Shown here: positions 43,306-57,350 of the stretch, one piece after another
Layout of the letters: each line of letters starts with the position of its first letter
Position numbering within the stretch: the first letter of the stretch is position 1
Assembly: GCA_903813345.2 (NCBI GenBank)
Contig: CAIIXF020000001.1
Location: 21,328,001 to 21,392,000 of the forward strand
DNA length: 64,000 nucleotides
Direction: 5' to 3'
Source: Owenia fusiformis
Taxonomy: Eukaryota
Program-made: the position numbers and the translations under genes
Notes under the pieces: generated by a model
What the model was told of the DNA's origin: nothing
Databases searched by the model: none
What the model saw: the letters and a program-made list of their open reading frames with translations, nothing else

Positions 43306-46300
43306 TCACAAAATGATGCATGTTTTACTGCCTTCATGTTGACAGGTTCCTCCAGCAGGATTCTTCACCTTGGTTACCGTAGTAACCCTGTGGGCAGGGG
43401 CAATAGAGAGTGCTGGAGGTGCCTTGATGTGGGGACGGGGGGCTGGATTTTCAAGCTTCCAGTTTGGAGTTCCAGGAATCGAACTAGTTTTGTCAGCATT
43501 TAACCTGGAAGTGTTGAGGCAATCATGGTATATGCATTCAAATACAATTCATAATTTACATTCATATGAATACAGTACCTTTTAGTTATATCAAGGCATC
43601 ATCTTGTATATGGTGAACCGCCCATTCATTTGACATTTTATTCTTTTATTAAGTATTAAAGGTTTCTTTATTCTTTCTAAAACATGGGTAGTACACCATC
43701 ATGGTTACATGTGGAATTATTCAATTTTAAGACAACCCTTCAGTCTTTATTTATTATTAGGAGGCCCCCCTGCAGGGGGGTTCAAAAAAGCCTACGGGGC
43801 CTCCGTAAGATTGCTTGCAATCTTAAACCTCTAGTTATTATGTCTTTATTTACAAATACATTTAAAGCTTAAAGGATGGAATCACAAATGGAACAAAAAA
43901 AATAAGTCCATACGAGATATTGAATCTGTAAAATGAACTAAATGCTTCACTAACCCTTTGTCTGGTACAGGTATAGGAAGGATGGAATTTTGCGAGAGCT
44001 GGCCTCCAGCTTCCGAAGTCTGCGCAATGGGTTCAGAGCGTCCCTTATATAATATATTATTTTCTATCACGGGTTGTGTGAACCCTGTTAGATTGATGCA
44101 TGGATCATCACTGGAATGTATGCGGTTATTGGATATCTAGAAAATACAAAAACAGGTTGTTGAGTAATACACGTATAATATTGGATCAAATAAATACTTC
44201 ATGGATTCCCTATACATCTATTTTCTTTGGACAAATCACACATCTTCAACTTTTGAATGAATCATCAACATAGATAAGATCACTGGGATGTTTTGGATAG
44301 GCAGAATTTGAAAACAGCTTTGAAACTTTTATGTAGACGCCACAAATGACATGCTTTTAATGAAAAGTATAACAAGCTGACAATGGTACGATAAAACAGA
44401 TTTTGTAAACTTTTTGCCATACTTAAGGCAGTTTGATAAAATAGTTTTTGTGTACTTGTACATCCAAAATCTACCCAATATATATTCCTGATATTTTGTC
44501 AAAGACTAGTTGCAGATCTTCAACTTTTTTTGGCTCAAACTTAATCTGATATTATAGACAAAAAAAATATCATACACCAGTCATGATTGAAATCATCTAA
44601 ATAAAACCCATACAGAGCCCCTTCCCTTGAATAAGCTCTATGAACATGGTAGTGACAAAATAAAACCTGATAAAACACCCCTCTTTATTGAACAGTTTCC
44701 AAAAGAAACAGGTGTAAACAGGTTTTACTGTATAGCTAATGTCCAGACTTACTTTGACGTCTTTTGCATTATGAACAAGGATCCCAGCCCTTTGGTTTCC
44801 TATTATGTCATTTTCCCAGATTTCTCCTTCACTTTGCAGCAGAATCCCTTCATCTCTGTTGTCATAGATACCATTGCCATGGATATCCACCTAGTGAAAA
44901 AGTTACTGAATACTGAATAGTAAAAACAGTGAAATCAATATTTTATCATTATGTCTTAGTGAACAACTCTCTCTGGTGAACACCTGTCTCTAGTGAACAC
45001 CCTTCCTCTGCATATACTCCACTGTATAAATTACCCTCTCTGTTGTGAACACCTACCTACAGTGAACACATTTTAGTGGCTCCATAGGTGTTCACTGTGT
45101 GTGCAGGTTTTACTGTACATGTGTTGTCACTACACATGATTTTAAGTGATATCATTTGCTTCAATGACTTGATATCTATTTCAGCATGAGGGAAAGAAGC
45201 GCATTAAAGTTGACCCCGGAGAAAAATGAAGATGAGCAATTGAGCGATGACATTCTTTGATGTATGTACCAGATTTAGAAAACAATGCATGAATTTTCTT
45301 TTGCTCAATTTCAAGCTACTCTATTATATAAAGATACTATTAAAGAGTCAAAAGCTGTTTAACCTATCCCTAAAGGCTAATATACATTTTCTATTCATAA
45401 TGATACATTACAAACAATTCAAATCTATTGATTGTGTAGGTTACATTATACAGTGTATATACATATATTTTTTCTATCATATGGCTCTCTACATTAGGTC
45501 CTAATAATAACTTACTGAAGCAAATTCAGCTACTTCAATCCCAGATCCAGCATTACACGTCACACTGTTATTTATTAGCAACACTGGCGCCACCTGGTGG
45601 ACTTGTATGCCTATCTCCCGATTTCCATGGATGACATTCGCCATAATGTGGATTGATTCCTTACTTTGAAGAAACACTCCACTTGCTGGAATAAAACATA
45701 TGCAAAGCTATATATAATCTCAAAACTCTATATAATAATTTTTTTGAATAAACTGTTTGTGAATGATGCTAGTATGGACATTAAATATAATAATAAGTTT
45801 GATTCCTAAATTTACTAAAAAACTGAAATTTAAAGTTAAAGGTTAGATGAGGGGATGGGAGTGAATGATGTTGTCGCTAACCAGAGTTGTGGTAGATGCT
45901 GTTGTATTCTACGGTAGCCTCCCCAAATGATGCTCTGCCATCATCATCTTCAGCAGTGGTCTCACTGAATAGCTGTAACTCTGCGCTTTGAGCACTCTGA
46001 CCGTCTATGTCATTTGTGCGGGATGCCCCGTGATGCAAATCCTTTAAAAAGATCCAAAATGCAATTTGTAATGCTTGTTATAATAATGATTTGGAGACTA
46101 ATACTGATGTCGCATGTATACATTTTACTGAAGAATGGAATTTTGATTCACAAAGATGCAGCACAGGTACATGCCCATCGGCTCAAGATGACCATCACTT
46201 AATATTTTGATAAAGTGTGATAAAGGGTAGTTCAAAATGGCTGATTAAGTTACACTCAAATTATAGCATTTGAATAATTACTCAAAAAGCGGAAAAGCAT

Positions 46301-49300
46301 GATTCACCCACCCTAGTGTTGACGAAGGCGATACCCGAGTCTCCATTACTGCTTATCTGGTTTCCATGGATACAGGGTTGCAACCCAGACATCACCCAAA
46401 TCCCACATCCTGCATTTGCTGAAACAACCAATTGTACTTATCATACAATGTTATAACCTTAGCACCAGATTTTTCTTGGAGGTTAAGCTAACTATAAAGC
46501 CTTATTCCTGATATGTTTCCCTCGTAATAACCACCCATGAGCATTATTTTGAAAAATGAAATTAATGCTGTTTGATTTGTCAGGGATGGATATTCAATTC
46601 AATTCACGATTTTTCATGACTTAGGGTTTTACTTTGGATTCACTTGTATATCAAGGGGAAGCATGCATCATGAGAAAATCCAGTAAATGGAAAGTTATGG
46701 CAGCACATGTTTAAAACATTTGTTACACCCGTGGCATACTTCTAATGGCTGATAGTATTTGGGACATTGTAAGGAGTCTTATTTTCAATTGAAAATTACA
46801 TAACTGGCTCACCATGAATAATGTTGTTTCTTATAGACCCCTTGCCACCTTCACCAACAACTATACCATCAGCAATCCCATTGCAAATCAGATTGTTGGT
46901 GATCAAGGGGTCTGAACCATGTCTGATGTCAATTCCTCCCCACTGGTTGTTTCCTATCAGATTATCTGAAATCAAATTGAACATAATAGATATCATGACA
47001 GTCAGTTGTCATGGAAAAAACACAATGCTTTTAAATTTTAGCAAAAGTAAATGGAGGAGGCAATTTGAAACTGTACCCTACTGTACCTGCATTCCATATA
47101 CAGGAACCATGATATAAATATGTAAAGTGGTTATGTACATGTCGATAACACATCAATGCCAAACAATGAGAACAAATTCAATGAAATGGTCCAAACAGCT
47201 AAGACTAAACAATTAATGGAAGAAATCAGCAATATTTTCAGTAATTTATGTGTAATACTATGTGAGTATATATAGACATGTTCTCACCTATAATGTGCCC
47301 TCTACCATTTTCATTGATAGCTATGCCTGCTGCCTTGCCTCGCCAAATCCTATTGCCACTGGAAACAAAATGCAAAATTGGTTACAAAAACATATAAAAC
47401 GCTTATACAAAATACTTTCAAAAATAAGGAATGTCTGAATTACAAATTTCCTGATTTTTTTGTTTGATTTAGAAATTGACTTACTTTACGTCCAAGCACT
47501 CCAAGGATAAGAGATTGATGCATCTCTGTTGAATTTGTTTAGGTTTTAGTGTTTTTCAATTTTTGTAACAATATATTTCTGGTATAAATATGATCATGGG
47601 CTTTCAAGAGCCTCGACTTTTAGACTGTTAGAGGTGGTACGGCCATCATATGACAATGTTGTTGATCAGTTCTATCCTATAATCAGTTGATGTCTTCCAT
47701 TGTACTATCATGTCTGTTGAAAGCCCATGGTACTATTGAGGACTGTTTTTGCAATTTGTTATAGATTATTAATAAAAACAACCATTATGTCAAAGTCTTA
47801 CCAGATTATTGGGTTTCCACGATACAGAATATATATTGCCGCCTCCTTATTTTCGAATATATTATTGCCTTTAATTATGCCCCGCCCACTTCCAAGGACA
47901 ACTATCCCTGATCTTTTGCCATGGTGGATACGATTACACTGCAAATACAGAAGAGGATATCTAAAAATCTAAATTCACCAGACATTCAAAATGTTGGCTA
48001 GGAAAAAGCTTTCACATTTCAAAACGTTTAGCCCATCACTATTGAGAAATGTTTAATTACATGCAAAGAATTTAATTCTGAATGTGTTTGTTTTTTATTT
48101 AATGTATAATCTTTACACAAGGAAATGCTTCAAAAAAATTTGGCCAATCGGAAGTTGTCAGTTTTTCTTTGAACAATTCATTATGCTACAAGTACACACA
48201 CATATAATTGCTCATTTGCATATAAAACAAATTGAACCAATCAAATCAAAGACAAGCATTAACACATCTCATCATATACACAGAAAATATATATACGAGG
48301 GTTGTCCCAGAAATAATGCACTATACGCTCTAACTATCTTTAATATTCTTTAATACAGCTGAAATTTTAGGATTCTTTGGGGATTTTTTTTGAGTTGAGG
48401 AATGGAAAAAATCTACAGTACTTACTTGCACAAGGGGATCAGCATTTTTCCTGATGTCTATCCCTGCCTCTATATTGTGGTGAATGTCATTAGTAGCAAT
48501 GAGACCACGAGCCGCCAGCCGCATAAACACCCCTGATGTCTTACAATGGTGGATGTTATTCTTCCAAAGAACTGTCTAATATGAAAAAGATCAAACATGG
48601 CAAAGGATATTAGTGAAGAGTTATACTTTTTTAATATGATGCTTATGAAACTAGAACAAAGCTACATGAAATCATTTTTTGCACTCAGCGTATGTTATCA
48701 TATAATATATACAATCGTTTAAGTTTTAATACTTTTACAATTCACTCACCTTTGAGTTCTGTATACATCTTACTCCATATTGTAAATCACAGAATTCATT
48801 CGCCATTAAGACAGCTTGGGCTTGATTGGCTACCATGACACCTCCTTTACCATGACTCACACGACAATTTCTCATGACACACCCCAAAATATTTTCCAGC
48901 ATATTTATCACAGCTGTGTCCTGAAGCAGATCTGAGTTAAGAGTAACAGCCTTATGATGTAACGACTGAATGTCATTTTGGAATGTGTTTATAGAGGTAG
49001 CGTGTAAAAGTTTATGGCGGTTTGGGTTCGACAATTGTAAAACAGATCTATCGTCTTCATAATTTGAGGAGGAATCACTGTCACTATCAGTGTGATCAAA
49101 TGTATCTGAAATTATAATAAGTCATGCAGTTCATAATGCAATACTGTATTAAATTAAGGAAGAATTAAGGAAAAGTATTAAGGAAAAGTCTGTGAATAAA
49201 TGTATCATGTCAGGTTTCATTTGATAAGACAGCACATTAGTAGTTTCATAACACATCTTTAATAGCAAAACAATAAATATACCCAAAAACTGGTTATATT

Positions 49301-51824
49301 GATGATTATCCCTTGATCAAAGATATTCATTTGTGTGTGTTGTGCTATTCAAATGTTGCCCCTCGTGTTCTCAACTTTGCAGATATCCTACCTGACATAT
49401 CGCTTGAATCAGTATCAAAGCTATCCAGATAGTCCAAGTCTAATACATTATTGTTAGGAATGTTATCATCAGCCTCATCATTGTCATCATCGTCGCTGCT
49501 ACTGTCAATAGTGAAGTCATCATCTGGAGGGATATCATAGTTCTGGGCACTGTTTGAATGAGACAAGGCTCTTGATTGCAAACTAACAGAGCTTTGGTTG
49601 GGTTCATCAACGTGATTACCATCTGTGCCGTCTGAATCTTCATCATCAGCATCATGTCTATTGGGAGTAGCACCATCATTACTTTGAGCATTTCTATGCA
49701 TGGAATAGTTGTCGTGATCTAAAATTGGTTTATCAAACTTTCTAGCTAGCTTGGCAAGACGAAGGTATATCCAATTGGAGTCTTCCTTTGGGTGACCTTC
49801 GACAATAACTGCCGCAGGTTCACATTTAATGAAGTCACATTTTTCTATTATGCTCACATTGACTTGTTGCATTGTGATGAAAGCGTGTTTGAAGGTTGTG
49901 TGTTTGATATGACACGTGGCAGGGCCCTGCACTAGGATTTGCCCATCTTCAAAGGTACATGTGTCAACTTGGACGTGACCAGTCCGCACCTGAAACGTCA
50001 TGATGTAATACAACTGAATTAGCACTTGCAAGATTTTTTGTGAAAACATAATAGTTGCATTAACCCCTCTCCCTTGGACAAAAATTCTTTCAAAATCATG
50101 CAGTTTTTCACCATTCTGATTTTGGGGCCAAAGTTGTCAAATGTGAACCCCCACTGGATTTTTTTGAAAGGTGAACCCCCTTGGCAAAACCTGGCTAACA
50201 GACCTGAGTTATATCAGAACATGATAGAGGAGACACAGAATTATATCACGGCATAGCAGGTTTTGTCAGAACATATAGGGTGCAATGTTATATCGGAACT
50301 TATTTTATTTCATGTACCTTAGTCAGAGGCCAATTTGTGTATAGGGATTTAGGTTGACACTTGGTAACCAAGATTCTCACCTTAAGTATATATTGGGTGA
50401 ACCATGGTGCCCTGAGGGTTAAATTACACAGCCTTCCTGTCAGTGCATTCTGTTCTATACACATCACCAATATTACACTACCTATAAGAGAGTATATAAG
50501 GGTTATGTACTGGGAGGTTTTGGATACAGGTTTTATCCCAAGGGAAATATGTGTATATCCCGAGGGACCGCAGGGACCGATGGATATACACATATTTCCC
50601 GAGGGATAAACCCTGTATCCAAAACCGACCGTACATAACAGATGTATTTCATACCTACTGATGTTCTAGGTACGTCATATACCTTACAAAGTTCCAAAAT
50701 TCAAAAATATACTTAAGATACGCATTTTCTTGGTGTTATAAAGTGTTTTTTTAAGTTTCTGAGATTATCAAACTCATATAAAAATGTGAAATTTTTTTTT
50801 AAAAAAATGTGAAAATTGTTTTGAAAAATAATGTGAAAAAAAATTTGGGAAAAAATGGGAAAAAATTTTTGAAAAAAAAATTGAAAAAAAAAATTTGAAA
50901 AAATTGTGAAAAAAAATTTCAGGAGCGGGACCGGGATGGATACAGCGTGTATCCATCCCGCCCCGGGCCTTGGCTAGATACAGTTTATATTCACGCTCGT
51001 TATGTACCTAGAACCTCAGTAGGTATGAAATACACAATAAAATCTCATAGCCCAATCAGCCAAATTAGTCAATACCATCTGAGGTTCTTAGGTAGCTAAA
51101 TTACAGAGATATATACTATATCTAGAGAGGGGATGGATATTTTCTGTAACCATCACTTGTTCTCTGGAGTTTGGTACATGCAGTAATATTCAACCCATCC
51201 CAGTCGGCAGTCCTGCTCCTCTACTAGACCGTAGAGGTGATACTTTGGGTCAATTATTGAGGAAAAAAGGCCCGTTTTCCAAAGAAGTAAAGATAAGACC
51301 TATTTTGAAATAAGCATCTAATTCTTACCTAATTCACCTGCACCAACTAATTCAAATGGAATTTTCGATGACATTTCAAACTGTTCGTCATATGTCCCAG
51401 GATGGATGAGTATACGATCGTAATCATTTGCCACTGCAAGAGCACTCTTTAAAGTTGTATACTCTAAACCTGCACCTACATGTAAAGTTCGCCTTTCTCG
51501 TTTCCGTCTGAACACAAGCAAACAATTTGTTTTTTCAGAATTTCCACCACCAATAGCCCAAATCTTTGAAGCTATGTAATTTTCCCTGTATGCCCTCTGC
51601 CATGATATTGCCTCTTCATCTTGAGACATAGGCCACAAAGGCAGTCTCCACTCGAGGTTGCGTTTGTACCAGAACTTCCATGTAGTTTTATCAAGTGATT
51701 TGACAAGTTCATTCCATGAGTTACAAACGCAAGCACATCGACAAAGGTCGGTGACATTTAGATATGACAAGACAACTCGCATCAGCTCTAACGGTAGCCT
51801 TTCTCCACAACTATTGGCTGACAT
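43306..51824 (-). CDS. FBXO10: F-box only protein 10 (F-box, PbH1 beta-helix repeats, C-terminal CaaX), about 1005 aa, 14 coding exons
   Basis: Exons 51824-51329, 50481-50381, 49989-49392, 49105-48750, 48575-48426, 47938-47802, 47358-47288, 46965-46813, 46418-46312, 46041-45882, 45685-45516, 44890-44753, 44136-43955, 43504-43306. LPLELMRVVLSYL F-box, FRRKRERRTLHVG, RLCNLTLRAPWF, GHVQVDTCTFEDG, NQWGGIDIR; ends CIIL-stop. Confidence 0.95.
50490..51032. mobile_element. Hairpin-rich non-autonomous repeat; relatives at about 39455-39790 and (inverted) about 59445-59600
   Basis: ggttttggatacaggttttatccc...gggataaaccctgtatccaaaacc hairpin; tatttcatacctactga / tcagtaggtatgaaata inverted pair; internal A-rich low-complexity tract 50775-50920. 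Confidence 0.7.
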
Positions 51825-52816
51825 ATTGGACTGTCAGCTTTGGATAAGCCCTTAAGTCCCTGTGGCTTCCTGTTTAAGGGATGACATAGCAGATCAAAGC
51901 CATGTTTAGCACATCTCTCTGTCGTACCCCATCAAGCAGCATCTAAAAATAGTAAAAATACATGAGAATCCAAATGAATATCATCTATCATATATATTAT
52001 CATTTAAACTCATTTACCCATTATTTTTGCCAGAGGTTCTCAGTCTTATTTTGTATTTAACATATATATTGAAATATTAAGCAAACAAATAGAGAAAGAA
52101 AATCCCCTGACGACATATTTTTGATATTTCATGTCCTTATCTCTGATGAGGGACAATGGACATATTCATTTGTAAGAGTCAATGGTTTGCTTTGCCTGGG
52201 ATGAATAAACTAAGGGGATCAAATTATCTATGTGCACTGCCTACTTTTTCTCTGGTGAGTGGTTGAAAGGAAAGCACTATTGACTCTCAGTAAATTGTAC
52301 ATAACGTATATTTTTTAACCAATTCCAGAGGGGTTGACTCCACTTTTTTGATCAGGAAATTTAACCAGTATTTCAAATTGTCCACACCAGTTGTTATAAC
52401 AACAGTACTTTAAAGAAAAAAAGGGGAATCCCCTTTCTAGGTTACGCTATCAAAATATCCTGGTAGGATTTGATTGGCCATTCGTTAAAATATATGATTC
52501 TAATAACACCGTTGTTTCTAAATAGGAAATCTAATTATCTAAAAAATATTTGCGAAATGGCAAAGAGCTCAAACCAGTTAGTCTCAAAATAAATATTGAA
52601 CCAGCCAACTTCTACTAACAGTTAAATTTGACAAACTTGACAAAATAATGCAACTAGCGGGAGAGGCATAAGAGAGGGGAGAAATTAATATACATGTATA
52701 GAAAAATCAAGACATTTCTTGATTTGAAATTTGCAGTCAGTTTCATGCAAATAGTCATGGAAGTAATTTATTATATCTATATATTATTATATTAATTATA
52801 TCTACACTAGATACAG

Positions 52817-53110
52817 GTATGGAAACCAATTTTTTAATATATAAGAGGTTATTTAATGGGAGGGAGAGAATATGAATTTTATTCCAAGGGAACTATACTC
52901 GTTACTGGTATGGAAACCAATTTAAATACGGTATATAGAGGTTGTTTAATGGGAGGGAGAGAATATGAATTTTTTCCAAGGGAAAACATGATATTGCTGA
53001 CCAAGGAACATTTATTAACTGAGGGTGACAGCCTGAATGTCAATATGATATTTTCAAAGGACATCATATTTTCTCAAGGAAAAATTCATATTCTGCCATG
53101 ACAATCAATT
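52817..53110. repeat. About 91-bp tandem duplication within a repeat also present at about 53700-53830
   Basis: gtatggaaaccaattt...aggtt(a/g)tttaatgggagggagagaatatgaattt occurs at 52818 and 52908. Confidence 0.7.
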
Positions 53111-54395
53111 ACCTATCTATTCCATAATATTTATTTATTTATTTTGAAGCTTTGTAACATTTTTCAACTTTTATTAACAAGTGTTAAAATAGAATAAAAA
53201 TAAATTTCTAGAGAAATCCCAGTGAATATTTCTGAAACTGGATTTTGGCTGATAAAGGATCTAATATGGGATCTGATACAGGATCTGAAAAGGGATTTTG
53301 CCCGATGCTGGGTCTGATATAGGATTTTTTGAATATCAATCAGCCAGATGCAAGTAGGTAGTCACCATTTTCACCACCTGGTGGCTAATTTGGGGTAGAT
53401 AACATAGCAGGGTATTAGAAAAATCCTACCTGAATATTCATCAGTTTTAGTAGCTCAATTTTTATATTACCCTTATGCATCTGATAGTTACACAAGTAAA
53501 ATAAAATATCTGTCATGGGGTAGATGGGAAATCTCCCCGAAGTCGTATTTTCAAAGAAAATTAAATTTTCAAAGTTGATACAAATTTCTTGATGTAATTT
53601 TACATGTAGATTTCAAATATGATATCACTTTGACTGAATTTTGTTCATGTAAATCAAAATTATTTTTATCTTGCATCTAGTCAATTATATTCCCTGTTTA
53701 TTTCCCAAGGGAAATATGTTGCCATGGAATAAATAAAGGTTATTTAATGGGAGTGATGAAATATGAATTTTATTCTCAGGAACAATATGATATTAGCCAA
53801 GGAAAATATCATATTTGACCGAGCGTGACAGTTTCTAGAGAGAAATCAAAATGGCGGTTTTAATGAAAATTTATGAAGTAGCGTCCAGAGAAGGTCTAAC
53901 GTGGAAATCACCTGAGATTTTAAACACTTCTTCGTAAATTTCCATTAAAACCATAAAACCACCAATTTGATTTCACTCTAGAAAATATCAAATCTGGGAT
54001 AAAGACAAGTCCTGATCAAAAAAGAAGCAACTGATAACTTTCAAAAATGGATGTAGAGAACATTTGGAGACATAAATTAAGCAGTTGAACTCAGTATTTC
54101 AGTTTCAGCATGGGCTTTCAAGTGAAAGCCCATGGTTTCAGCCATTACGATTATCTAGCAACCTATTCCTACATGTATACTCTGCATACAAAGGCTGTCT
54201 TATACAGATCAGACAGACTTTGAAATAGGTAATGTGATGTAATGAGATGATCTGTACTAATATGCTTTGATATTGTAACAGGTCCGGTCTTAATCCCGAA
54301 ATTGCCACGTACAGGATACCCAATCAATCAATTAACCAATTAAATCAAAACTGCCTCTTGAGCAAAAAATTCCTGGAAATGATCATTGACCGCAG

Positions 54396-54549
54396 CATAG
54401 GCCAAGGGAAAAGTAATAGTAAGCTGTATATATCAAAATACTTGCTAAATAGTCGGTAAATATCGGTAATGACATACGGTAATACCGGCACCACTTTTCA
54501 TTACCGGTCCGAGCACTACGGCTTACTATTACTTTACCCTTGGCCTATA
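54396..54549. mobile_element. hAT-like MITE (154 bp)
   Basis: TIR ataggccaaggg(a/t)aaagtaatagtaagc; 8-bp TSD GACCGCAG at 54388-54395 and 54550-54557. Confidence 0.85.
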
Positions 54550-55139
54550 GACCGCAGTTTAATGTTCAGATGATTCACTACATTTACTAGACTTAGTCAC
54601 TCACTCAGATGCTGAACTTGTATTCCAGAATGCAACTAAAGGCTGTCAGCTACTGGATGAACCTACGTGTATAAATTCGTCAGTTTAAGTTGGATTAACG
54701 AACAACCTTCTTGTCGTCAAACAGTGATCACATGACTATATTATGGTAGTGTAAGGATCGATTATAATAAATCCACTGGACTGAATTGGCAAACAGATCA
54801 AAGGCCATTGCTATATCATATTTGTTGCTAAATACATGTAGGCAGAGCATTATCATGTTATTTATAGGTCAGCGATGGGGTTTGAAGTGAGAGGTTGTAT
54901 CTTGTAATGAGATGCACGGCATGAAGATCAGAGTCTGGCCTCAAATTGCAATCAACCTGGTAGCCACTTGCCTCTATTAACATTAGAAAATACAATATTG
55001 GAGTCTGGGTTCTATTTTCCCAAGGCTAGCATAAAAATCAGTCTAGAATTTTAATTTTTTGAACGGTGATTGAAACGGATTTTCGAAGAAAAGACTCCAA
55101 GACACAACACAAACGCTATTAATTCTCCCAATATATGAA

Positions 55140-55640
55140 ACACTTACTTACATTGTATATGAGGTTGAATCAGTTCACTCCAAACAATATTATCAAATGC
55201 GTTATATTCTAAAGATAATGCCAGTTTACAAATATTTTACTCAAGATGTTTTGCCGCCATATTGGATTCTGTATACAAATGACGTCATGGACAGGTGCCC
55301 TGAACATGAGTTGTCAAAATGTTTCTCGTCAAAGGATCTCTTGTCCTCGGCAGTTACAATACATACTTTACTCAAATTTGTCAAACGTTGTTTTTTTTTA
55401 CTCTATACCATCAACGATGTTTTATACTGCTTTTAATGTCTATGAAATAACCTTTCAACATTCAATATTCACGTTTTTTATCAATTTCAATATGCAAATG
55501 AGCAATTTCCAACATGGCGACTGAAATTTATTCCAGCTGCTTGTACGTTCACTGTTTTGCAGATATATAGGTGTTTCGCGTAGCAAACTAGGACACTGAA
55601 CTCCGCAAAAGATCCTCATTACTCCGCGGGGTAAGTATAC
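55140..55640. promoter_or_regulatory. Probable bidirectional promoter with non-coding first exons (FBXO10 on minus, unknown gene on plus)
   Basis: YY1-like AANATGGCG motifs on opposite strands (gccgccatatt about 55252; aacatggcg about 55512), CRE tgacgtca at about 55280, minus-strand donor (cttac about 55143-55151) and plus-strand donor GG|GTAAGT at 55631. Confidence 0.45.
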
Positions 55641-56744
55641 TCCGATGATTAGAATATTTCCTTCTTACTTCATCTCATTTTGACCTTGTTACGAGGGAAT
55701 CCATTTGCAAATTTTGCACTAAAAAACAGATTCTGAATCCATTTTGGAGCAAATTTTTATAAACAAACCTTCCCCATAGACTATCAATAGGCTTGTCATA
55801 ATGCTCATAATGACACAATTCAGACTATGGATAGTCTAATGAATCTAAGACACTGCCAATTACGTTGAAACTAGAGGTTGAACCGATTTGTTTACATATG
55901 ACCTAAAATCTTGACCTGAAAAGCAAAATATGAAATCCTGAACTCAATTGACACTCTATTCCTAGTCTCATACCTATAGTTGGAAGATATAAAAGCATAT
56001 ACATGTTGTAATTCAGTGATTTCTCAAAATATGATTAATGCTATTATCTAAAAAGTATACTGTTCGTCGATCGAAAATCTATTTTTCTGAAAAAGGTAGC
56101 CTATGCCTTGTAAATCATTCAGCCTACTTACATTCGATGTATCACAGAGTTATATGGCCGAGTGTTTTTATACATTTCATAGCTAAGAACAGAAATATTC
56201 AAAAATCGATACGAACATCGAACAACAACAGTCCAGTCATTTTCTCCAGAAAAATTCTCCTGACCCTGTATTTGAGTGACGCCAGGTTTCCAAATATTGG
56301 CCGAGTTTATCTAACAGGGGTGAAAATACTTTTATTCAACGTTCTATTGAAAGATGGCAGCTGCGTTAGACCTACCTTGTCTCCCTACATATGGACGAGT
56401 CCATTCTGTCTGGTGACGTCACATTCTTAGAATTGTTCGGCTTGTCAAATTTAGAAGAAAAAATGCAGAGAAATGTCGACCTATTTCATTTGACAGAATT
56501 CTACTCACTTTCATGTGGTGAACTGAGGAAAGGTAGGCAAGATATAATGCTGTTATGGCCACCAAACTTACCGTATATAAAGAAAAATTGGAGAATATGG
56601 CCGAAATTTAGAAACAAATCGATTTTTGGATCGATGAGCAGCATGCTTTTTAGATAATAGTTTTGATATAACACTCATAATGTGGTATAAATATGCATGA
56701 CGTTCCAAAAGGGAAAGGCACAGTCACCGGGACATTATGACTTC

Positions 56745-57350
56745 TGAAAGATGGGACTGGGTGAAATCCTGTCCATCCGTCTGTCTATCCATCCATCCGG
56801 TCCAAGCAATAACTCAAATACCGTTGGCCTGATTTTGTTCATATTTTGTACACATATACCCTATGGGGGTAGAAGTTTTGCTCGAAAGCCGATTTTCAAA
56901 ATGGTCGTTCATTTAAAAATGGACATTTTATTGCCGATTTTACAGTGATTTAGGTGCAATATGTAAAACTGTAATAGCATTATGTTTTAAATGTAAAAAA
57001 GTTATATAGGACATTAATAAAGCTAGAAATGTAGATATTAAAAAAGCATATGGCAGCCATCTTGAAAGGCTGCCTTTACTCGTTATTTTACGGTTTTTGC
57101 TCGAAGTAGTGGAGCGATTTTGTTCATATTTTGTATGTGAATACTGTAAGCATGGCACACTGTCTAATGACACTTGGTAGAAGGCGGCCATTTGAAAAAT
57201 GGTCACCATTTTAACGTATTTTATTGTAACTCGAAATATAATGGAGTGATTTTGTTCATATTATATGTGACTACTATAAGCATGGCACACTGTCTAATGA
57301 CACTTTTGGTAGAAGGTGGCCATTTTGAAAAAACGGCTGCCATTTTTGCT
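56745..57350 (+). mobile_element. Helentron/DINE-like non-autonomous repeat (CCGT/CCAT microsatellite plus core repeats); relative at about 10920-11110
   Basis: gtccatccgtctgtctatccatcc tract followed by repeated gattttgttcatatt...aagcatggcacactgtctaatgacactt units at about 57117 and 57249. Confidence 0.55.

Noticed and set aside
46306-46312. Alternative donor 4 nt downstream in FBXO10 exon 9
   Set aside because: It shifts the frame and meets a stop in the next exon; only AGG|GTGGGT keeps the frame.
50774-50956. Phe-rich ORF
   Set aside because: Translation of a low-complexity A/T tract inside a repeat.
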